NCBI GenBank assembly: GCA_002363545.1
Contig: DEWF01000005.1
Span: forward strand, 44,294 to 108,293
DNA length: 64,000 nt
Direction: 5' to 3'
DNA from: Christensenella sp. UBA3217
Lineage (GTDB): Bacteria; Bacillota; Clostridia; Christensenellales; CAG-1252
A program made the translations under genes and the position numbers. Of this stretch, positions 36,173 through 43,191 are shown in pieces. Positions within the stretch are counted from its first letter, which is position 1. The number at the start of each line of letters is the position of its first letter. Under the pieces are notes generated by a model. That model was not told where the DNA came from. It did not search any database and saw nothing but the letters and a program-made list of their open reading frames with translations.

Positions 36173-37444
36173 ATGAACGAGTTTGACAGAATCGCAGGCT
36201 ATGAATCAATCAAGAGCGAAATCGAAGAGATTTGTGCCTTGTTTAAAGCCGAAAAGACGTATCGGCAGAAAGGGATCAAAATCCCTAAGGGTATCCTCTT
36301 ATACGGTGCCCCGGGGATCGGGAAAACACTTTTCGCGGAGTGCTTTGCAAAGGAAAGCGGATACCCCTTTTTGCTTTGCAGAAAAGACGGCGATCAAAGT
36401 GATTTTATCGGGCGGATCGTCGAGTTCTTCGATAAGGCGGAGAAACAAGCTCCTGCGGTTTTGATCTTGGATGATCTTGATAAATATGCAACTGGGGATG
36501 ACAGAGAGAAGAATGCCGAAGAGTACGTTGTCGTGCAAACTTGCATCGACAAAAGCAGAGAGAAGGGCGTTTTCGTTTTCGCGACGGCGAACGATACGCA
36601 TTCCTTGCCAGATTCCTTGTTCCGTGCGGGACGCTTTGATCACGTTTTTGAGGTTCGCGCTCCCGAACGTGTGGACGTCGAAAAGATACTCGCCCATTAT
36701 CTTGACGGGAAGAAGGGAGCTGACGTAGACATTTTTGCTTTTTCGAAATTGCTTTGCGGAAAAAACTGTGCGGAGATCGAGCAGATTACAAACGACGCGG
36801 CGATCCGTGCTTTTCAGCGTGGGGGCGAGGAGATAAACAAAGAGGACATGATCCGCGCTTCCGTGCGCAGTATTTATCGATCTCCCAGGACGATTGTCGA
36901 TGACGTCAGAGAAGGGACTTCATACGACGAAAGAGTTGCTTATCATGAAGCCGGGCACGTGGTAGTCGCCGAGATACTTGAACCGAGCAGCGTAACGATG
37001 GTGAGCTTGGGAAATTACGAAGGATTGATCCGAGGGTTTACCGCTCGATATTATCAATCGGAGTATTGGAAAAACGCCGATCTAATAGAGAAGGATCTCA
37101 GCATTCTTCTTGCCGGAAAGTGTGCGATAGAACTTACTTACGGAACGGCGGATCCGCTTTGCGAATCCGATCTGCAAGCGGCGAGCGATGTCGCGCGGTC
37201 TTTTGTCTCGGTCTTTGCCGCAAAGGGTTTTCAGTCATACAATTCGGGATATGCGAGTTCAAGTATTCAAAGAATGATCGCGGAACGTGAAACGAACGGG
37301 GTGATGGAAGTCGCTTATGAAAGGGCAAAAAAGATCATCGCAGAGAACCGTGACTTTCTCGAAGCGATAGCAAAACAATTGATAGATAAAAAACTTCTTT
37401 TGGAAGAAGACGTCCAAAGGATAAAGATAGGTCAAGGAGGATAG
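36173..37444 (+). CDS. Soluble (TM-less) FtsH-like AAA+ ATPase fused to M41 zinc metalloprotease
   Basis: Walker A GAPGIGKT, Walker B VLILDDLDK, second region of homology ATANDTHSLPDSLFRAGRFD, HEXXH motif YHEAGHVV, LLAGKCAIELTYG. No hydrophobic N-terminal helices. Confidence 0.85.
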   Translation: MNEFDRIAGYESIKSEIEEICALFKAEKTYRQKGIKIPKGILLYGAPGIGKTLFAECFAKESGYPFLLCRKDGDQSDFIGRIVEFFDKAEKQAPAVLILDDLDKYATGDDREKNAEEYVVVQTCIDKSREKGVFVFATANDTHSLPDSLFRAGRFDHVFEVRAPERVDVEKILAHYLDGKKGADVDIFAFSKLLCGKNCAEIEQITNDAAIRAFQRGGEEINKEDMIRASVRSIYRSPRTIVDDVREGTSYDERVAYHEAGHVVVAEILEPSSVTMVSLGNYEGLIRGFTARYYQSEYWKNADLIEKDLSILLAGKCAIELTYGTADPLCESDLQAASDVARSFVSVFAAKGFQSYNSGYASSSIQRMIAERETNGVMEVAYERAKKIIAENRDFLEAIAKQLIDKKLLLEEDVQRIKIGQGG

Positions 37445-37445
37445 A

Positions 37446-37766
37446 ATGAAAAGAACTTGTATGAACGTAGTATTTACCGATCCGATAAAAGCGCTTAAAG
37501 AAACGTTGTCGCGGAGTGGTGCGAAGGACATTGATCTGCGACGTCTCTATGGGTATAACGTCGAAGTGCGATACAATGTCGCTATGCCCGATCCCAAAAG
37601 AGAGATTGCCGAAGTGTTCACCAAAATGGGCGCAAAGAATGTGCGAATCGGCGAATCGCATGATGGCGCTTGTTTTGAAATGGAAATACCCGAAATCGTG
37701 GACGAAAGAACGTTTAAGAGAAATGCGGAAGAAGTATTCCGTCGCGTAGGTTATCGGGTGCGATAA
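37446..37766 (+). CDS. Hypothetical 106-aa protein coupled to the AAA-protease gene
   Basis: AAGGAGG RBS lies inside the end of the upstream gene, with 1 nt between stop and start. No recognisable motif. Confidence 0.6.
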   Translation: MKRTCMNVVFTDPIKALKETLSRSGAKDIDLRRLYGYNVEVRYNVAMPDPKREIAEVFTKMGAKNVRIGESHDGACFEMEIPEIVDERTFKRNAEEVFRRVGYRVR

Positions 37767-37787
37767 AATATGCCCCGAGAAAGAGTC

Positions 37788-37816
37788 TTGAATGAGATCG
37801 TTAACGGTGCTATAAT
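37788..37816 (+). promoter_or_regulatory. Internal promoter for the WYL regulator / GIY-YIG unit
   Basis: TTGAAT (37788-37793), 17 nt, TATAAT (37811-37816), followed by GGAAAGGAG and a GTG at 37887. Confidence 0.5.
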
Positions 37817-37886
37817 GAAGACACGATCACCCTCTTTTTTCGCGTATCGAGCCAAGCGACTTGCGAGAAGGGGAAAGGAGCGCGCT

Positions 37887-38861
37887 GTGCCTTCGCCGAA
37901 CAATAAAAAACTATCGATTCTTTACGTTTTGGATATCCTGAAAACGTACAGTGACGAGGAGCATCTTTTGACGCACGCACAAATCGCGGAAAAGATATGT
38001 GCTCAATGGGGAATGGAATGCGAACGAAAGTCCATTGCCGCGAACGTCGACGCTTTAATCGATTTCGGCTACGATATCGTGAAGACGAGAAACGGATGCT
38101 ATCTTGCGGATCGGGAGTTTGAATCAAGCGAAATCAGCTTTCTTGCGGATGCCGTTTTTTCTTCTCCTAGCATCGACGGGAAACAAGCGAAACGCCTTGC
38201 CGAAAAGTTAACGGCATTTGAAAGTGTTTATAAAAGGAGAGATTATTCGTATCTGTATAAAGCCGATTCTTTGACCCGCACGAAAAACAAAGAAATCTTT
38301 CTTTCAATCGAGTTGATCGAAGAGGCGATCAAACAAGATAAGAAGGTTTCCTTTCGGCACGCAAACGAAGATTATAGGGGAACGCAAGGGAGAACAAGCG
38401 TCAGCCCATACTTCCTTATAAACAAACAGGGAAAATATTATCTCGTTTGTCTTTACGATGGCGAGAAGGAACTTTTCAATGTACGCCTTGATCGGATCAA
38501 GGATGTGAAAATCGCCGAAGAAAAGCGGATTCCCCTCCGCGTGATTAAAGGCTGCGAAAAGGGACTTGATATCGCGCGATATGCGAATGAAAACGTCTAT
38601 CTTCTGTCTTCGCGCAGTGTGAAAGCGAAACTTCGGCTTTTACAGCCCGAGTCACGACAATACGTTGAAGAGTGGTTCGGCAACGCGCGCTTTTTCGAGG
38701 AGAACGGGCACACCTATGCCGATCTCACGGCAAACGAACGCGCCCTCATCTATTGGTGCTTGCAGTACGGAGAAGAAGCAATCCTCGTATCCCCGCCGGA
38801 AACAAAAGCGGAGATCATTCGCTTGTTGGATCAAATAAAAAATGAATACAAAGGAGAATAA
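37887..38861 (+). CDS. HTH + WYL domain transcriptional regulator
   Basis: N-terminal wHTH KLSILYVLDILKTYSDEEHLLTHAQIAEKI. WYL core KYYLVCLYDGEKELFNVRLDRIKDVKI. The GTG at 37887 with a strong RBS is preferred; the listed ORF allows 37770 or 37815. Confidence 0.8.
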   Translation: MPSPNNKKLSILYVLDILKTYSDEEHLLTHAQIAEKICAQWGMECERKSIAANVDALIDFGYDIVKTRNGCYLADREFESSEISFLADAVFSSPSIDGKQAKRLAEKLTAFESVYKRRDYSYLYKADSLTRTKNKEIFLSIELIEEAIKQDKKVSFRHANEDYRGTQGRTSVSPYFLINKQGKYYLVCLYDGEKELFNVRLDRIKDVKIAEEKRIPLRVIKGCEKGLDIARYANENVYLLSSRSVKAKLRLLQPESRQYVEEWFGNARFFEENGHTYADLTANERALIYWCLQYGEEAILVSPPETKAEIIRLLDQIKNEYKGE

Positions 38862-38862
38862 T

Positions 38863-39888
38863 ATGGAAAAAGTTTTGAGTTTCGAAAAACTGTTTAAACT
38901 TGATGATTCTATGAAGAAGAAAGTTAAACTTGTTTTTCACACGCGAAATGATGATGAATATGCAGATGACGATCATGATGCGTGGGCTCTATTGCAGTCG
39001 GATATTGTGAAGGAGCAACAAAATGTTGCTATTTCGGATAATCAAAAACAAGATCGTTGGGCGGATATGAATTGGTCCTGTATAAGTAAAGACCTCCCGA
39101 TTCAACATCTAATCGTGTTTGCACAGTACCTTGATTATGGAAATAACTATTATGTTTTCGGCGGGTACTATGTTTATGATCGCACAAAGGAAGAGAAAAA
39201 ACTTGAGCGAAATCGGGACTACGATGAATATCGTGGGCGTTTAATAGTCAAGCGTAATGGAAATTTTGGACAAGGGTATTCGTTCTACTACGATACTGTA
39301 AAAAATAAAAAAACAGAAAACGGAGAAGATAGTTTACAAGTATATGCTTTACTCCCTTTTGATTCGGGGGTGGGTGCTTTCGTTGGATATGATAAGGTAT
39401 ATTTAACGCACAAGCAATTGGCGAAAATATTTGAATCGAAGGATGGCGCCGCAGACTGGAAAAAGGCTCTTTCAAAAGTGAAAGCGGTTTACTGCATAAC
39501 TGACACATCAAATGGAGAATTGTATATTGGCTCTGCTAACAGTAGAAATGAAGCACATTCAGAAAAAACGATTTCAGCGAATTCAAGTGCTTGCAAAGGG
39601 CTATGGGGAAGATGGCAGTATTATGCTGATCAAAACGATTTAACGGGTGGGAACAAATACTTTAATGACATTGTAAGTGGTAAAATCTCCGAAATAACAG
39701 TAAAGAAATCAAACGGAGAATTTGAAATAATTGAAATAAAGGATGGGAAAGAGCACATAAAGAACTATTTCACATATGCGATTTTGGAAATATTTGATAT
39801 TCGCACCGCGGATAGTGTTGTTCTTGCAAGAGAAGAGTATTGGAAAAAAGTATTTCAATCAAGAAAGTTTGGAATGAATCGGAACTGA
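38863..39888 (+). CDS. GIY-YIG nuclease-domain protein with ~200-aa unknown N-terminal domain
   Basis: AVYCITDTSNGELYIGSA (GIY..YIG), GLWGRWQYY (Arg), FTYAILEIF (Glu), EEYWKKVF. AAGGAG RBS; start lies 1 nt after the WYL stop. The sequence becomes more AT-rich here by eye. Confidence 0.75.
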   Translation: MEKVLSFEKLFKLDDSMKKKVKLVFHTRNDDEYADDDHDAWALLQSDIVKEQQNVAISDNQKQDRWADMNWSCISKDLPIQHLIVFAQYLDYGNNYYVFGGYYVYDRTKEEKKLERNRDYDEYRGRLIVKRNGNFGQGYSFYYDTVKNKKTENGEDSLQVYALLPFDSGVGAFVGYDKVYLTHKQLAKIFESKDGAADWKKALSKVKAVYCITDTSNGELYIGSANSRNEAHSEKTISANSSACKGLWGRWQYYADQNDLTGGNKYFNDIVSGKISEITVKKSNGEFEIIEIKDGKEHIKNYFTYAILEIFDIRTADSVVLAREEYWKKVFQSRKFGMNRN

Positions 39889-39919
39889 TGTGATTCCCCT
39901 ATAATCAATCGCAGTAAAT

Positions 39920-39957
39920 AAAACGAGCCTCGACTTAGCGTCGGGGTTCGTTTTATT
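39920..39957. repeat. Second copy of the host-flank terminator hairpin
   Basis: AAAACGAGCCTCGACTT (16/17 identical to 35860-35876) and GGGGTTCGTTTTATT (15/15 identical to 35899-35913). Confidence 0.7.
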
Positions 39958-39959
39958 GT

Positions 39960-40432
39960 AAAACGAAAACCACGCGATAGTCGCGTGGTTCAAAAGAGGT
40001 TAACCGATGAACAGAACGACCTCCTATTGTATAATGGTTTTGTGACCTGCCAGTTACAAAAGAAATACAATAGGAGGTTATTTATGAAAAGAGAGATATC
40101 TGCAGATAGTTTAGCACACACGAAGTGGGATTGCAAATACCAGGGGGAACTTGAAATTCGCATACCGAAACAGGGAATTTTGGTGCAAGGGGTATTACGT
40201 TGATACAGTAGGGAAGAACACGAAAGCGATAAAGGAATACATAGCACACCAACTGGAACAAGATAAGCAAAGTGACCAGTTAAGTATGTTTGATCCAAGG
40301 GACCCGTTGACGGGTAGCAAGTAACAGATGCATGACTGGCAGGTCAATACAAAAACGCATTTATGCGTAGCCAGTAAAGGATAGGGCTATGCCCGAAAAT
40401 GTAAAGCCCCCCGATTTTCGGGGGGATCTTTA
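39960..40432 (+). mobile_element. IS200/IS605-family remnant (terminal hairpins retained, transposase internally deleted)
   Basis: Left-end hairpins ACCACGCGA-tag-TCGCGTGGT and CCTCCTATTGTAT...ATACAATAGGAGG, the latter sequestering the RBS. Right-end hairpin CCCCCCGA-ttt-TCGGGGGG. Confidence 0.65.
40084..40323 (+). pseudogene. tnpA: IS200-type Y1 transposase (tnpA) pseudogene, internal deletion plus frameshift
   Basis: N-terminal MKREISADSLAHTKWDCKY is joined out of frame to the C-terminal GNLKFAYRNREFWCKGYYVDTVGKNTKAIKEYIAHQLEQD. The catalytic HUH/Tyr core is missing. Confidence 0.75.
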
Positions 40433-40435
40433 CTC

Positions 40436-40446
40436 CCTAATGGCGG
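40436..40446. repeat. Partial third copy of the junction (flank + first 6 nt of att core)
   Basis: CCTAATGGCGG is identical to 35915-35925. Confidence 0.5.
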
Positions 40447-40515
40447 CGTAACTGAATGTCAGTTTGAACTTTTTATTTTTAACCAAAGAATCGCTTTGTG
40501 CATAACGATTCAGCA

Positions 40516-41727
40516 TTAATTCAGTTTTAGATTCGTAAGTAATTCAACAAATCCCTTGTAATTATGGTGGAGATTTGTTGTTCCTATACTCTCCAATCGG
40601 TTATACTCCCTGATGGATGGGATTAACGCTGAAGGTGTTTTTATTCCGATATACCTTAACGCTTCGTTCATAATTAGATGGTTTAAGTAAATCGTTTCTT
40701 CGGCAGATATTTTTTGTATCTCGTATTCAAATAAATCGTCTTTATCTTTATATAACAGGATATCTGCTTCGGTTTTTATTTTGTCCATATTAACGTAAGT
40801 GTTTTTGGGTAAAGAGAAATGTTTCGTTAGAAACGGAGAGCAAATGGTGTCTTTATATTGATCTCGAATGGTTTTATTTGTGAAGTAATATTTCCATACC
40901 GGAGAAACAGACAAAATAGCAATATTTGACGAGATCGGGAACAGAATGTAATTATCAAAGTAACTTTTATCATTCTCTATTTCTCGTTTTGCTATTTCAT
41001 CAAAATTGTCTTTGCCAAAAAGAATCTTGCCAATTTCCTTTGCTTGGCGTATGTAACTTTCCTGTTCGCTTTTAGGAATTTTGACGGGAATTCGTTCGGT
41101 TGCATATCCTAGATCGTTAACGCAAAACTCGTTATCAGTATGTAAAAACATAAGAAAAGATGTATTGATTTCAATTGCGTGTTTTTTAATACCAACCATA
41201 TCCGAGGTAAGTAACGAGTCAAACGTGTTGTCGAGGATATAAAGCATTTCTCGTTTCCAAAAGTCTTCGCGACTTTCTCCCTCGTTGATATTAAATTGAC
41301 TTAATTCGAGCGCATTTTGCGGGACGTTCATGTAAGATCTTCGATTGTTTGGCGTTCTATATAGTTGTAAAAGAATATACTTTTTAATCGTTTCTAATTC
41401 ATAGCGTTTAAACGCATAATTGTTTTCCGAAACACATTTTGCCACTATTTTAGACATGGGCTGTTCAATCTTGATTGAAAATTTATGTTCAAGTTCCTTT
41501 ATGTCTTCTGATGAGGGAACGTCATATAGTTTGTTTTCTTGAAATGCCGACGACGTATCGAGATAAGCCGCATTAAAATTAATAAGATCCAAAACGCATA
41601 TTTTATAACACTTATTAGACGTTGGAATTGCAAAACGATTTAGTAATGCCTTTTGGATATAATGGTTTTTATCATAAGATGACATTGTAAGTTGCTCCTG
41701 CTTCTTTTGCAATAAGTATATATTCAT
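40516..41727 (-). CDS. DUF4238-like protein
   Basis: N-terminal KNHYIQKALLNRF resembles the H-[HY]-[VI]-P-Q-x-[YL]-L-x-x-F signature. Also ELEHKFSIKIEQ and LLQLYRTPNNRR blocks. An ATG at 41685 (MSSYDK) is an alternative start. Confidence 0.5.
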   Translation of the reverse strand: MNIYLLQKKQEQLTMSSYDKNHYIQKALLNRFAIPTSNKCYKICVLDLINFNAAYLDTSSAFQENKLYDVPSSEDIKELEHKFSIKIEQPMSKIVAKCVSENNYAFKRYELETIKKYILLQLYRTPNNRRSYMNVPQNALELSQFNINEGESREDFWKREMLYILDNTFDSLLTSDMVGIKKHAIEINTSFLMFLHTDNEFCVNDLGYATERIPVKIPKSEQESYIRQAKEIGKILFGKDNFDEIAKREIENDKSYFDNYILFPISSNIAILSVSPVWKYYFTNKTIRDQYKDTICSPFLTKHFSLPKNTYVNMDKIKTEADILLYKDKDDLFEYEIQKISAEETIYLNHLIMNEALRYIGIKTPSALIPSIREYNRLESIGTTNLHHNYKGFVELLTNLKLN

Positions 41728-41796
41728 TTTGACGCTATGTAAATAGTCGACGTTGCGAATACTTTTCGATTTTCTTATTTTGTTTGGGTTTAGACC

Positions 41797-41825
41797 TTGC
41801 GTTTTAAAGGAGATAATGTTATAAT
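41797..41825 (+). promoter_or_regulatory. Promoter of the ATPase/RM/Abi/helicase array
   Basis: TTGCGT, 17 nt, TATAAT. Small palindrome GGTAA-tg-TTACC at 41836-41847. AGGAG RBS before 41871. Confidence 0.5.
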
Positions 41826-41870
41826 GTAGAAAACTGGTAATGTTACCGAAAATTTTAATTAGGAGTCGTT

Positions 41871-43160
41871 ATGACAATAAAGCGAGATTTATATCTTGAC
41901 AAATTAAAGAATCATATGCATAACGGAATGATCAAGATCATTACCGGAATGCGCAGGTGCGGGAAAAGCGTTCTTTTATTCAATTTGTTTTATAACTATC
42001 TGATTGAGTCGGGCGTGAAAGAAGATCATATTATCGCCGTCAATCTCGAAGACGTCGGCAATCATGAGTTTAGAGACCCGCAAAAACTATACGATCATAT
42101 TTGTTCGCAAATCAAGACGAACGAGCAGTATTACGTTTTTCTTGATGAAGTTCAATACGCTATTTCCAAAGGCGATGCGCAAAGCGACGAACCGTTACCG
42201 CTTTATGGCGTTTTGAACGGCTTATTACACAAGATGAACGTGGACGTATACGTGACGGGAAGTAATTCTCGATTCCTTTCATCCGATATAAGAACGGAGT
42301 TTCGAGGTAGGGGAGATGAAATACACGTTCAACCGCTCTCTTTTGCGGAGTTTATGTCGGTTTACGATGGAGACAAATACGACGGCTTGCGCGACTATAT
42401 GGCTTACGGCGGCTTACCGCAGATTGCTTTTATGAAAACGCACGAGCAGAAGGCGGCGTATTTGACAAACCTGTTTGACGAGACTTATATAAAAGATGTC
42501 GTGGACAGGTACGGTATCCGGCGGAATGCGGCGGAGTTTGGCGAATTGGTGGATATCCTTTCGTCTGCCATCGGTTCCCTTAGCAATCCTACGAAACTCA
42601 GCAACACGTTCAAAAGCGTCAAAAACAAAACGGTCGCACAGCTTACGATAGCAAGGTATATTTCGTATCTCGAAGACTCTTTTTTGATCGACGAAGCCGT
42701 TCAATACGACGTAAAAGGAAAGAAGTATATTAACAGTCCGAAAAAATACTACTTTACGGATCTGGGACTTCGTAACGCAAGACTCAATTTCCGTCAACTT
42801 GAAGAAACCCATTCTATGGAAAACGTTATTTATAACGAGTTGAAATTGCGCGGGTATTCCGTAGATGTCGGCGTGATCGAAAAACGCGAAAAGAGCGAAG
42901 ACGGCAAAAGCCTGCGCAAGCGTTACGAAATTGATTTTGTTGCCAATCAAGGCTATAAGCGCTACTATATCCAGTCTGCACTCGCTATGCCAACCTTGGA
43001 AAAGGAGCAGCAAGAACAGCGCTCTTTGATGGGCGTCAACGACTCTTTCAAAAAGATCATCATTGTAGGCGGTTCGACTATGACGCATTATAATGAAAGC
43101 GGTATTTTGATCATGGGAATCCATGATTTCTTGTTGAAGAAAGACAGTTTGGATTTTTAA
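41871..43160 (+). CDS. AAA_14 + DUF4143-type ATPase (COG1373-like)
   Basis: Walker A GMRRCGKS, Walker B YVFLDEVQY, VYVTGSNSRFL, GRGDEIHVQPLSFAEF. Confidence 0.8.
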   Translation: MTIKRDLYLDKLKNHMHNGMIKIITGMRRCGKSVLLFNLFYNYLIESGVKEDHIIAVNLEDVGNHEFRDPQKLYDHICSQIKTNEQYYVFLDEVQYAISKGDAQSDEPLPLYGVLNGLLHKMNVDVYVTGSNSRFLSSDIRTEFRGRGDEIHVQPLSFAEFMSVYDGDKYDGLRDYMAYGGLPQIAFMKTHEQKAAYLTNLFDETYIKDVVDRYGIRRNAAEFGELVDILSSAIGSLSNPTKLSNTFKSVKNKTVAQLTIARYISYLEDSFLIDEAVQYDVKGKKYINSPKKYYFTDLGLRNARLNFRQLEETHSMENVIYNELKLRGYSVDVGVIEKREKSEDGKSLRKRYEIDFVANQGYKRYYIQSALAMPTLEKEQQEQRSLMGVNDSFKKIIIVGGSTMTHYNESGILIMGIHDFLLKKDSLDF

Positions 43161-43191
43161 TATTTGTATTTGTCGGAGCGAGGTTATTTCA

